32,000 nt of DNA from Alkanindiges illinoisensis DSM 15370. GTDB taxonomy: Bacteria; Pseudomonadota; Gammaproteobacteria; Pseudomonadales; Moraxellaceae. Made by a program: the position numbers and the translations under genes. Shown in pieces: positions 14,512 to 24,398 of the stretch (its first letter is position 1; every line of letters starts with the position of its first letter). Location of the stretch: positions 1,480,064 through 1,512,063 of the forward strand of contig NZ_JHUX01000003.1 in the NCBI RefSeq assembly GCF_000619845.1. The letters are read 5' to 3'. Under the pieces are notes generated by a model. It saw only the letters and a program-made list of their open reading frames with translations, did no database searches and had not been told where the DNA came from.

Positions 14512-15774
14512 TTATATTTTGCAATACTCACCCCACTCACTCATCAGCCTGTTTCTTTTTTCCAAGAAATCACTACGCAGGTAAGCAGCCTCTACACTAT
14601 CAGGCAATTTATGGGCTAACGCATGCTCACAGACTTCACGCGGATAGCTGGTTTTATCTGCTGCCCAGTCCCTAAAGGTTGAACGAAAACCATGGGTAGT
14701 CACTACCCTATCTTGTTTAGGGTCAAGAAAACCTTTTCTACCTGCTTCTAGCTCAGCAGCATGCAACCGTCTAATTACAGCAGTCAGTGCCATGTCGGAT
14801 AACTTGCCACCGCGTGGTGCTGGAAAAATGTAGGGATTATCAACCATTCTAGGTAGCAGCTGTAAAAGCTGAAAAGCATCATCAGACAAAGGTACTTTAT
14901 GCTCCCGGCCTGCTTTCATCCGCTCTTTGGGAATAACCCAAGTTCTTTTATCCCAGTCAATCTCATCCCATATCGCTCCAAATACTTCACCGGAACGGAC
15001 TGCTGTTAAAATGGCAAACTCTAAGGCACGGGGGGATATGCCCTCACGTTGACGTAATGCAGCCATAAAACTCTGAATTTCAGTATAAGGTAAGGAGGGT
15101 TGTCGCTGGATTTCCTGTTTTACCTTGCCCAGAATTGGTTCCAATGCTCCTTTCCATGCTGCCGGATTATCACCCTGCCGATAATCCATGGCCTTGGCGT
15201 AATCTAGAATCGTCTCTAATCTGCCCCGAAGCCGTCTGGCTGTTTCATTTTTGTTATGCCATATTGGCTCCAGTACCATGAGTATTTCTGACTTACCAAT
15301 ATTGCTCACCGGCTGCTCGCCAATAATCGGATAGGCATAGGTTTCCAGCGTTGATCCCCATTGGGCAATATGCTTGGCATTTTTCAGTTCGCGGGTTTTA
15401 TTGGCGATGACAATTTCGGCACATTCACGAAAGGTCTTGGCTTTAAGCTGCTGCATAAGCAAGGTTTGCCGTTGCTGCTTTTTTTGCTCTACCGGATCAA
15501 TACCATCACGCACTTGCTTACGCAATTCTCTGGCTTTTTCCCGTGCTTCACCCAATGAGATTTCTGGATAGGCACCCAAGCCAATATCCCGACGATGTAC
15601 AACAGGCTGCCCTTTACTGTCAATTCTGGTGCCTACTGCAATACGCAGTATCCATGAACGTGAACCATCCATCACGCGTAGCTGTAAACCATCAACCCCG
15701 CCCACCGGATAACGGCCATTGATTTTGAGTTTTGAAACGCTGAGCGCGGAAAGTTCTTTGGCTTTTTTAGGCAT
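14512..15774 (-). CDS. Tyrosine recombinase, P4-type phage/genomic-island integrase (420 aa)
   Basis: The N-terminus LSALSVSKLKINGRYPVGGVDGLQLRVMDGSRSWILR is a DUF4102-type arm-binding domain. The C-terminus carries catalytic-type motifs: AILTAVRSGEV, HGFRSTFRDWA, EHALAHK, AYLRSD (R..HxxR..Y). Confidence 0.9.
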   Translation of the reverse strand: MPKKAKELSALSVSKLKINGRYPVGGVDGLQLRVMDGSRSWILRIAVGTRIDSKGQPVVHRRDIGLGAYPEISLGEAREKARELRKQVRDGIDPVEQKKQQRQTLLMQQLKAKTFRECAEIVIANKTRELKNAKHIAQWGSTLETYAYPIIGEQPVSNIGKSEILMVLEPIWHNKNETARRLRGRLETILDYAKAMDYRQGDNPAAWKGALEPILGKVKQEIQRQPSLPYTEIQSFMAALRQREGISPRALEFAILTAVRSGEVFGAIWDEIDWDKRTWVIPKERMKAGREHKVPLSDDAFQLLQLLPRMVDNPYIFPAPRGGKLSDMALTAVIRRLHAAELEAGRKGFLDPKQDRVVTTHGFRSTFRDWAADKTSYPREVCEHALAHKLPDSVEAAYLRSDFLEKRNRLMSEWGEYCKI

Positions 15775-16075
15775 ATGTCCTGCCCAATATCTTGATATGT
15801 ATAAGGTGCCAAATCTAGCCTGATCCTACAAGCAAGCTTTTGAGTAATTTTTCATTAATTATTGAATTTAATGTAATTTTTATATAACTAACTGGTACTT
15901 CTATTTAGCCTTAAATACTTAAAAGTAATTCAAGAAACGTACAAAAGGAGTTGTCTGATTGTTTTCTACTCTAAGACGGTTATAGTCTGTCTAGCAAAAC
16001 CCATGCTCACATAATCAGCCACGTCTAATTAAGTTAGACTATACCTCTATTATCTCACATGTTAAAATTCACTAA

Positions 16076-16097
16076 TGTTATTACATTTGTTATTACA
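16076..16097 (+). promoter_or_regulatory. relO-like operator: two direct TGTTATTACA decamers just upstream of the relB SD
   Basis: tgttattaca at 16076-16085 and again at 16088-16097, followed by AAGGAG (16097-16102) and the ATG at 16109. From memory, it resembles the E. coli relBE operator ...ATTTGTAATTACAAGAGG... in sequence and position. Confidence 0.55.
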
Positions 16098-16108
16098 AGG
16101 AGAATGAC

Positions 16109-16351
16109 ATGTCGACAATTACTATCCGTATCGAAGATGATCTCAAAGAACGTTCTTACGCTGCCCTAGAACAACTAGGGATCACACCATCAGAACTATT
16201 GCGCCAGACCCTACAATATGTCGCAGAACAAAAAAAACTTCCTTTTAAAACGATTGTGGTATCAGATGAGGATGCGGAACTACTTGCGATAGTTAAGGAA
16301 CGTCTATCTAAACCACAAAAAGGTATTAAGGTTAGCTTAGATGACTTATGA
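16109..16351 (+). CDS. relB: RelB/DinJ-family antitoxin (80 aa)
   Basis: MSTITIRIEDDLKERSYAALEQLGITPSELLRQTLQYVAEQKKLPFKTIVVSDEDAELLAIVKERL aligns almost residue for residue with E. coli RelB as I recall it (INLRIDDELKARSYAALEKMGVTPSEALRLMLEYIADNERLPFKQTLLSDEDAELVEIVKERL). Good SD; overlaps relE by 11 nt. Confidence 0.93.
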   Translation: MSTITIRIEDDLKERSYAALEQLGITPSELLRQTLQYVAEQKKLPFKTIVVSDEDAELLAIVKERLSKPQKGIKVSLDDL

Positions 16352-16637
16352 GTTAGAATTTGATCCACGCGCGTTAAAAGAATGGCAAAAGCTAGGGCAT
16401 ACTGTTAAAACCCAATTCAAAAAGAAACTGGAAAAGGTTTTAGAAAATCCCCGGATTGAAGCAAATCAGCTCAGTGGTCTGTCCGACTGTTATAAGATTA
16501 AATTGCGATCAGCCGGTTATCGTCTCGTTTATCAAGTACGTGATGAACTCATCATCGTATTTGTGGTCGCTATAGGCAAACGTGAAAATAACGCAGTCTA
16601 TGAGGACGCTCATCAGCGTACCGAAGCACAAGAGTAA
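16341..16637 (+). CDS. relE: RelE-family mRNA interferase toxin (98 aa)
   Basis: LEFDPRALKEWQKLGHTVKTQFKKKLEKVLENPRIEANQLSGLSDCYKIKLRSAGYRLVYQV closely matches E. coli RelE (LDFDERALKEWRKLGSTVREQLKKKLVEVLESPRIEANKLRGMPDCYKIKLRSSGYRLVYQV). The ATG lies inside the relB stop region (ATGACTTATGA). Confidence 0.93.
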   Translation: MTYELEFDPRALKEWQKLGHTVKTQFKKKLEKVLENPRIEANQLSGLSDCYKIKLRSAGYRLVYQVRDELIIVFVVAIGKRENNAVYEDAHQRTEAQE

Positions 16638-16863
16638 TTTATATCTTCTGGCCTACATAAAAACCCACATAAATAAACCCACATCCCAGCCAACATAAAG
16701 TGCTGGATTAAGTCAAATTCCACCAGACACCTTCGGACAACCAATTTGCTTAAATGTATGTTTTATAATTAAAAATAATATCGTATCGGACGGTATCGGA
16801 TCAATAATTCACGGACACCGTTTCCGCCAAATTATAGTTCACTACAGTTCGATGTAGTACGCA

Positions 16864-16897
16864 AACCCCTTAGTTTATAGGACTTAGGGGTTTTTTG
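16864..16897 (+). terminator. Rho-independent-type terminator on the plus strand, ~230 nt downstream of relE
   Basis: Stem aacccctta (16864-16872) pairs with ttaggggtt (16884-16892) with one T-T mismatch, followed by a T6 run (16891-16896). Confidence 0.5.
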
Positions 16898-17080
16898 TTG
16901 TCCTTAGCAAATTTTAAAAATCTGCTAAAATCCAACTTTCAAGTCATATCCTTAAGAGCATTTACTTCACCACTAAAAAGTTGAGCGTATGGCCTAAACG
17001 CTTAATCAGCTCGCCGATTTAAAATACATTAATATTTTATATAGATTTATAAGTGGCTCCTCTAATTAATGACTTGTGAT

Positions 17081-17359
17081 TCAATTAACTGAATGAATGA
17101 CCCAAGTTTTTGAGGTTCTTTGCTCACCAACTATAAATGAAATGTTTAAACATACTTTTTGCCCTTCTTTTAACCTTGAAAAATCTACATTTTCACCATT
17201 AAAAGAATCTGAATAGGTCATTCCTCCGTACTTGTCTAATTTAAATAAGTAGGTATTTCTGGCTTTAGCTGTTGAACCAGTAGAAGGAACTTTCATGGAA
17301 GAAATTCCACACGCTGTCTCAATCGGTGTACGTTGAACATCTGGGCTAAAATTAAACAT
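17081..17359 (-). CDS. Hypothetical small protein (92 aa from ATG 17359; the ORF-track start at 17374 is a TTG)
   Basis: The ORF lies in AT-rich DNA. Its ATG overlaps the stop of the upstream small ORF (ATGTTTAA), which suggests translational coupling. No recognisable motif. Confidence 0.35.
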   Translation of the reverse strand: MFNFSPDVQRTPIETACGISSMKVPSTGSTAKARNTYLFKLDKYGGMTYSDSFNGENVDFSRLKEGQKVCLNISFIVGEQRTSKTWVIHSVN

Positions 17360-17510
17360 TACATAAAGACTCAAAGAGGAAAGTAGAAAAAAACAATGAA
17401 AGCATTAAATATTTTTTCTTATTTTGCTCTTCATAAATTCCCAAAAATAAAGCTGCCAAGATAAATGAAATACTAGACACATAGAGTAAAAAACCCTTAT
17501 AGCTAAGCAT
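17352..17510 (-). CDS. Hypothetical small membrane protein (52 aa from the first ATG; ORF open to a TTG at 17612, 86 aa)
   Basis: MLSYKGFLLYVSSISFILAALFLGIYEEQNKKKYLMLSLFFSTFLFESLCNV has two hydrophobic stretches separated by a Lys-rich loop. The start is uncertain and the DNA is very AT-rich, so a chance ORF is possible. Confidence 0.3.
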   Translation of the reverse strand: MLSYKGFLLYVSSISFILAALFLGIYEEQNKKKYLMLSLFFSTFLFESLCNV

Positions 17511-17668
17511 ATGATATAAAATAATTTTTAATTTTATTTCTTCTCTTTTGTAATTTCTATCAGGCTTAAATACTGATAATAAAGTTATTGGCGACAGGTT
17601 ACGACGTTTCAAGCTTTTTTTTTAGCCAGAATCCCTTAAAATGGTTATCTGTTATACAGTTTGAGACC

Positions 17669-17965
17669 ATGATCATGTCAGTGGCTTTAATTATCCGTAA
17701 TATTAATCCCGACCGTGACCCCAATACCGAACTTCTGGTAGTTACGCTGGATGACAACCGTGCCATCACCGCAGAATTGGGTTTAGCACCCTATCCCAAT
17801 GTTGCCACCAGTTTTAATCCGCAAGGTCAAGTCTACTGGTTTCCCCGAGTTACCCAGGCACAGGATCACGGTGTATTTCTCAATGATGAAAGCAACCATT
17901 GCCATGCAGAAGACAGCAATGACACTGATTACCTGTGGTTTTGCGAACTGGATCAGGCGGGTTAA
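17669..17965 (+). CDS. Hypothetical protein (98 aa from ATG 17669; the ORF-track start at 17588 is unlikely)
   Basis: MIMSVALIIRNINPDRDPNTELLVVTLDDNRAITAELGLAPYPNVATSFNPQGQVYWFPRV... Base composition returns to the chromosomal norm here, and a hairpin follows the stop. No recognisable family. Confidence 0.45.
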   Translation: MIMSVALIIRNINPDRDPNTELLVVTLDDNRAITAELGLAPYPNVATSFNPQGQVYWFPRVTQAQDHGVFLNDESNHCHAEDSNDTDYLWFCELDQAG

Positions 17966-17968
17966 GCT

Positions 17969-18003
17969 AAAAATGGCCAGCTTGTTTCTGGTTGACCATT
18001 TTT
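17969..18003. terminator. Bidirectional hairpin between the convergent hypothetical gene and the RND gene
   Basis: aaaaatgg-ccag (17969-17980) pairs with ctgg...ccattttt (17988-18003) with an internal ttga bulge. A-run on the left and T-run on the right, so it could serve both convergent genes. Confidence 0.4.
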
Positions 18004-18032
18004 ACCCGCTTTTTTTGCTCAAGCCTCAGTTT

Positions 18033-21000
18033 TTAAGCCCTTGTGGTTTTTCCAGCAAATAGTTTTCTGACCAGTACAAAAAATAGTGGTACATAAAATA
18101 CTGCCAGTACTGTGCCAAATAATACCCCACCCACAATACTTACCCCAATTTCCTGACGGCTAACTGCTCCTGCGCCAGCGGAAAATACTAAAGGAATTAC
18201 GCCTGCTACGAAAGCCAGTGAAGTCATGATAATGGGCCGTAGTCGCAGGCGTGCGCCTTCCAGTGCAGACTCTAGAATACTGCTGCCTTTATCCTGTGCA
18301 GCGGCGGCAAACTCTACAATCAAAATGGCATTTTTGGTCGACAAACCAATGGTCGCCAGAATTGCCACCTGAAAGTAAATATCGTTGCTAAAACCAGCAA
18401 GCTTGGTAAATAGCACAGCTCCCAGTACACCTAATGGAATAACCAGCATGACAGCCGTAGGAATGGTCCAGCTTTCATAGAGTGCAGCCAGACACAGAAA
18501 AATAAATGCAATGGAGGCAATATACAGCCAGATACCCTGCTGGGTGGTTTGCTGTTCCTGATAGGACAAGCCACTCCAGGCCAGTCCAAAGCCTTTTTCG
18601 GCATTGACCAGTTGCTGCATGGTGGTCATGGCTTCACCTGAGCTATAGCCCTCAGCCACGTTACCATTAATCTGCATGGATGAAATCCCATTAAAACGCT
18701 GTAGCAATTGCGGGTTGCGAATCCAGTCCGTAGTGGTAAAGCTGGCAAATGATGCCATAGTGCCATCGGCACCGCGTACGTACCACTGGGCCAAGTCCTC
18801 TGGCTTGGAGCGTGAATTCATGTCACCCTGAATGTATACCCGCTTGATGCGCCCACGGTCAATGAAGTCATTCACATACACGCCGCCCCATGCCGCACTC
18901 AGGGTTGAATTAATATCAGACTGACTTAAGCCCATGATGGCAGCCTTGCTCTGGTCAATATTCAGGTGCAGCTGGGTTTTATCTTCAAGCCCGCTCATAC
19001 GCACATTACGCAGATTAGGATTGTCATTGGCCTTGTTAAGAATGCGTTCCTGTGCCGCAATTAAGGCATCACGCCCAGCATTATTGATGTCCTGTAACCA
19101 GAATTCAAAACCGTTCGACTGGCCAAGCCCACGCACAACAGATGGTGCATTCACATTCACTTTAACATCCGGTACTTTTTTAAAGTATTTATTGGCGCGT
19201 TCAATAATGGCCGCAGCCGTGTTGTCTTTGCCTTTGCGCTCATCCCAGTGCTTTAGTGACACATAAGCCTGCCCAACATTTTGCCCATTGCCTGAAAAAT
19301 TACGCCCGAGCACAATCATTACAGTATTCAGGTTATTTTTTTCTTTGGTTAGAAAATAATCCGACACCTGTTTGCCAATTTGTTCAGTATCACGTAAAGG
19401 TGCACCTTCCTTTAGGGTAAATTGCACATTCAGCGATCCCTGGTCTTCATCCGGCAAAAAGCTGGTGGGCAAACTGGTATATGCCACTGCTACCAGTGCA
19501 GAAATGACAATAAACCCTGCCATAAATAGTTTTGGCCAGCCAATCATGCGTGCCACTGCATTTTTATAGCCGTGCTGCAAACACTCAAAACTCCGGTTAA
19601 ACCAGCCAAAAAAACCACCTTGATGCGGCTCTTTTTGATGAGATGGTTTAAGCAAGGTTGCGCACAAGGCAGGTGTTAAGGTCAGCGCAACCAATACCGA
19701 CAATATCATGGCCGACACGATGGTAATGGAAAATTGCTGGTAAATAACACCAATCGAACCGCCAAAAAATGCCATCGGCAAAAATACTGCGGATAGCACC
19801 AGCGTAATGCCAATTAGCGCGCCCGTAATTTCCTGCATCGATTCAATGGTCGCTTGTCGTGCATCCAGTTGCTGTTCATGCATTACCCGCTCGACGTTTT
19901 CCACCACCACAATAGCATCATCTACCAGTAAACCGATAGCCAATACCATGGCAAACAGGGTTAGCGTGTTAATGCTGAGTCCCAGCACGGCCAAAATACC
20001 AAATGTCCCTAGCAGTACCACGGGTACGGCAATGGCCGGAATAATAGTGGCGCGCCAGTTTTGCAAAAATACAAACATGACAATCACCACCAGAATAATG
20101 GCTTCAATGAGTGTCTTAACCACGCCTTTGATAGAGGCCGTTACAAACGGTGTGCTGTCACGTGGATAGGCAATTTTTAGCCCGGCCGGCAGTTGTTTTT
20201 CCAGTTGCTGCATTTCACTGCGAATAGTGTCAGCCACGTCCAGTGCATTAGCACCGGTAGCCAGATCAATTGACATACCGGAAGAGGGAAAACCATTCAG
20301 GCCAGTAGATACTGAGTAATTTTCTGAACCCAGCTCCACCCGTGCCACATCTTTTAAATACACCACGGCACCGCCCGGCTGGGCCTTGAGCACAATATTG
20401 CCAAACTGCTCCGGAGTTTGCAGACGTGATAACGCCGTAACATTCACGTTTAAATACTGGTCGGGTGGTGCAGGCTGCGCACCAATTTCACCGGCGGTCA
20501 CCTGGGTATTTTGCGCTTCAATGGCGTTGCGGATGTCCGATGGCATCAGGCTGTAGCTGTTAAGCTTTTGCGGATCAAGCCAGATGCGCATAGCATATTG
20601 CGAGCCAAATACATTGGTTTCGCCTACCCCATTAATCCGGCTCAGCACTGGTTCCACATGGTTAATCAGGTAATCGGAAATTTCAACCGTGCTCATTTTG
20701 CGGCTGGTGTCATAAATACCAATTACCATCAGGCTGTCACCCTGTGACTTGGACACCGTGACGCCTTGTTGTTGTACCACTTGCGGCAAACGATTCAGGC
20801 TACTGCTAATGCTGTTTTGCACCTGAACCTGCGCGGTATCCGGGTCTGTACCTTGCGCAAAGGTTAAGCTAATGCGCACTTGCCCTGATGCACTACTGGT
20901 TGATGAAAAATACAGCAGGTTGTCAATACCGCGAATTTGCTGTTCCAGCACTTGCGTAACACTGTCCTCCACGGTTTTGGCGGATGCACCACTGTAATTG

Positions 21001-21140
21001 GCTGAAATCCTGACTGTTGGTGGTGCAATATCAGGATAGCGTTCTACCGGAAGCGTAAAAATGGACAGCGCCCCCAGCGCCATGACCACAATTGCCAATA
21101 CCCAGGCAAAAATTGGCCGATCAATAAAAAAACGGGACAT
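18033..21140 (-). CDS. RND-family efflux permease (AcrB/AdeB/MexB-like, 1,035 aa)
   Basis: The start is set at MSRFFIDRPIFAWVLAIVVMALGALSIFTLPVERYPDIAPPTV, the canonical AcrB-family N-terminus (ATG 21140). The 27 extra residues in the ORF track are probably not translated. Length and the two large periplasmic loops are typical. Confidence 0.92.
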   Translation of the reverse strand: MSRFFIDRPIFAWVLAIVVMALGALSIFTLPVERYPDIAPPTVRISANYSGASAKTVEDSVTQVLEQQIRGIDNLLYFSSTSSASGQVRISLTFAQGTDPDTAQVQVQNSISSSLNRLPQVVQQQGVTVSKSQGDSLMVIGIYDTSRKMSTVEISDYLINHVEPVLSRINGVGETNVFGSQYAMRIWLDPQKLNSYSLMPSDIRNAIEAQNTQVTAGEIGAQPAPPDQYLNVNVTALSRLQTPEQFGNIVLKAQPGGAVVYLKDVARVELGSENYSVSTGLNGFPSSGMSIDLATGANALDVADTIRSEMQQLEKQLPAGLKIAYPRDSTPFVTASIKGVVKTLIEAIILVVIVMFVFLQNWRATIIPAIAVPVVLLGTFGILAVLGLSINTLTLFAMVLAIGLLVDDAIVVVENVERVMHEQQLDARQATIESMQEITGALIGITLVLSAVFLPMAFFGGSIGVIYQQFSITIVSAMILSVLVALTLTPALCATLLKPSHQKEPHQGGFFGWFNRSFECLQHGYKNAVARMIGWPKLFMAGFIVISALVAVAYTSLPTSFLPDEDQGSLNVQFTLKEGAPLRDTEQIGKQVSDYFLTKEKNNLNTVMIVLGRNFSGNGQNVGQAYVSLKHWDERKGKDNTAAAIIERANKYFKKVPDVKVNVNAPSVVRGLGQSNGFEFWLQDINNAGRDALIAAQERILNKANDNPNLRNVRMSGLEDKTQLHLNIDQSKAAIMGLSQSDINSTLSAAWGGVYVNDFIDRGRIKRVYIQGDMNSRSKPEDLAQWYVRGADGTMASFASFTTTDWIRNPQLLQRFNGISSMQINGNVAEGYSSGEAMTTMQQLVNAEKGFGLAWSGLSYQEQQTTQQGIWLYIASIAFIFLCLAALYESWTIPTAVMLVIPLGVLGAVLFTKLAGFSNDIYFQVAILATIGLSTKNAILIVEFAAAAQDKGSSILESALEGARLRLRPIIMTSLAFVAGVIPLVFSAGAGAVSRQEIGVSIVGGVLFGTVLAVFYVPLFFVLVRKLFAGKTTRA

Positions 21141-21367
21141 CAAGTCTGTTATTCCCACAAAGAAACTGGTACTGGCATAGTGCTGCCCAGCAAGACACGC
21201 ACCTAGACCACAAAAGATCAAACAGCATATCGAAATAATATGACCAGTAAATAAAGTTTCTACACTTCTTGCACAATTAACCCTGTAAATTGATACGCTT
21301 AATCCCAGTTGCCTGCCAGCTCTCTACTTTATGAGCAGGCTTTTTTTAATAGGCATCCACAATATAC

Positions 21368-21401
21368 AAAAACCCTGCCTTGAGCCCAAGACAGGGTTTT
21401 T
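21368..21401 (-). terminator. groEL terminator
   Basis: aaaaa-ccctgcctt (21373-21381), loop gagccc, aagacaggg (21388-21396) -ttttt, with one mismatch. It begins ~50 nt after the groEL stop. The plus-strand A-run supplies the minus-strand T-tail. Confidence 0.75.
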
Positions 21402-21448
21402 AACACTGGCTAAACCAGTGGTTTAAGCAGCTAACTGTATATTACCAG

Positions 21449-23092
<1,644 letters not shown>

Positions 23093-23152
23093 CTAATTAT
23101 ATGTTTTCAAGCAGATAAAACGAATCAATGAACAAGCTTTACAAGCTATTCA

Positions 23153-23446
23153 TTAACCTTCAATTACTGCAAAAATGTCAGATTCTTTCATGATCAACAG
23201 CTCTTCGCCGTTTACTTTTACGGTTGAACCAGCGTATTGACCAAACAGTACTTTGTCACCCACTTTAATATCGAGGGCGCGCACACCATTATCAGTAATT
23301 TGTCCATTACCTACTGCCAGCACTTCACCCTGAGATGGTTTTTCAGCAGCAGAACCTGGCAGCAAAATACCACCAGCGGTTTTGGTTTCTTCTTCGACAC
23401 GGCGAATCACCACACGGTCGTGTAATGGACGAATATTGATACTCAT
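23153..23446 (-). CDS. groES: Co-chaperonin GroES (97 aa)
   Basis: [44 protein letters not shown]...; lies 69 nt upstream of groEL. Confidence 0.98.
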   Translation of the reverse strand: MSINIRPLHDRVVIRRVEEETKTAGGILLPGSAAEKPSQGEVLAVGNGQITDNGVRALDIKVGDKVLFGQYAGSTVKVNGEELLIMKESDIFAVIEG

Positions 23447-23536
23447 GATGCAGATTCTCCTTGATAAACACTTTTTTGTGCCAAAACATTGGACGAAATC
23501 AGCAGTGACCTGCTGAAATTAAATTGGTTGATGCAT

Positions 23537-23567
23537 CAATAGGGATATAAAAATGCGCTTCAAGGGC
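23537..23567 (-). promoter_or_regulatory. Sigma32 (RpoH) heat-shock promoter of groES-groEL
   Basis: The minus strand reads gCCCTTGAAg-cgcatttttatat-CCCTATTG. The -35 is plus 23559-23566 and the -10 is plus 23537-23544. The E. coli sigma32 consensus is CCCTTGAAA-N13/14-CCCCATNT. It lies ~90 nt upstream of the groES ATG. Confidence 0.7.
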
Positions 23568-23609
23568 AAACATGAAAAAATTTTGTATATTTGTATGTTT
23601 TTTATCCTT

Positions 23610-24398
23610 TTAGTCGGTAGCTTTGGGCTGCCATAAGATTTTCTTCTCAATAAAGCTTACCTGTGTCTCGTCATAGTCATAGCGCCACACGGTTAAATCA
23701 GCGCAGATAATGTTCACCGAATTGGGCATGCTATGACGTACGCGATGGGAAAGTGCCGTACCGGCATGAATGTCTAATACCGGATGTGAACGGCCCAGCA
23801 GGAAATACTGGTTGAGGTCATATACCGCAGAATGATGCAAATGCCCATGCAAAAGCGCATGCAGACCACAGGACGACCAGCGCTTTAAAGCTGGCAGCAT
23901 CAGGCGTGGAATATCCTTGGCCGCTTCATCATCATGCGGACTCACCATAAAGGGCTGATGCGTGGCTACGATCTTATGCTTGTGTGCTGGTGCAGCCTGT
24001 AGTTGCTCTGCTACATGCTCAATTTGCCGAAGCGAGATACTGCCCTTGGTATGATGGTGTGACTTGATGGTATTAACGCCAATTACAAAAAAATTCTCGG
24101 TTTCGATTTGCGGCTCCAGACTGCCAAAGCATTGCTGGAAACGATGAAACGGACGCCAGATTCGTTTGGGCAAATGAAACAAGGGAATATCATGATTACC
24201 TGGAATAACCAGATAGGGACAGCCCAGACTTTCCAGAAAGCGCTTGGCATCGATAAACTGGCTATGACGTGCCCGCTGGGTTAAGTCGCCACTCACCACC
24301 ACCACTTCCGGTTTTAATTCATCACAAAGCTGCTTTAACGCCCGGACTGGACGGGCCTGTTCCGTACCAAAATGCGGGTCAGACAGATGTAAGATCAT
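23610..24398 (-). CDS. Calcineurin-like metallophosphoesterase (262 aa)
   Basis: Motifs LSDPHFG (DxH), VVSGDLTQ (GD), IPGNHD (GNHD/E) and LHGHLHH (GHxH). The start overlaps the upstream gene stop by 4 nt (ATGA). Confidence 0.85.
   Translation of the reverse strand: MILHLSDPHFGTEQARPVRALKQLCDELKPEVVVVSGDLTQRARHSQFIDAKRFLESLGCPYLVIPGNHDIPLFHLPKRIWRPFHRFQQCFGSLEPQIETENFFVIGVNTIKSHHHTKGSISLRQIEHVAEQLQAAPAHKHKIVATHQPFMVSPHDDEAAKDIPRLMLPALKRWSSCGLHALLHGHLHHSAVYDLNQYFLLGRSHPVLDIHAGTALSHRVRHSMPNSVNIICADLTVWRYDYDETQVSFIEKKILWQPKATD

Larger units (their letters stand above)
14512..17640. mobile_element. Integrase-marked AT-rich accessory segment (genomic-island remnant); true boundaries undetermined and may include the RTX locus to the left
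   Basis: Contains an integrase, an addiction module (relBE), tiny orphan ORFs and long ORF-free AT-rich spacers. Hand count of 14281-14340 gives 12 G+C in 60 nt, against 30 in 60 for 22561-22620 in groEL. I found no flanking tRNA or direct repeats by eye. Confidence 0.35.

Noticed and set aside
15361-15571. Two 65-aa plus-strand ORFs inside the integrase gene, and the 16156-16368 minus-strand ORF inside relB
   Set aside because: They are antisense to genes with strong family matches and have no independent support.
16841-16858. tRNA T-arm-like hairpin (actaca gttcga tgtagt) as a tRNA gene or 3' fragment next to the island
   Set aside because: The loop is 6 nt rather than 7. There is no G53/C61 pair, no acceptor stem and no CCA, and no D or anticodon arms can be built from the flanks on either strand.
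18934-20747. Plus-strand ORFs antisense to the RND gene
   Set aside because: Same reasoning as above: they are contained in a full-length AcrB-family ORF.
21141-21221. 27-codon N-terminal extension of the RND ORF (MIFCGLGACLAGQHYASTSFFVGITDL)
   Set aside because: AcrB-family proteins start at MxxFFIxRPIFAW. The internal ATG at 21140 gives exactly that N-terminus.
21311-21347. Plus-strand terminator-like hairpin (gcctgc ... gcaggc + T7) upstream of the RND gene
   Set aside because: The stem is only 6 bp with an 18-nt loop, and no plus-strand gene or promoter precedes it. It is too weak to call.
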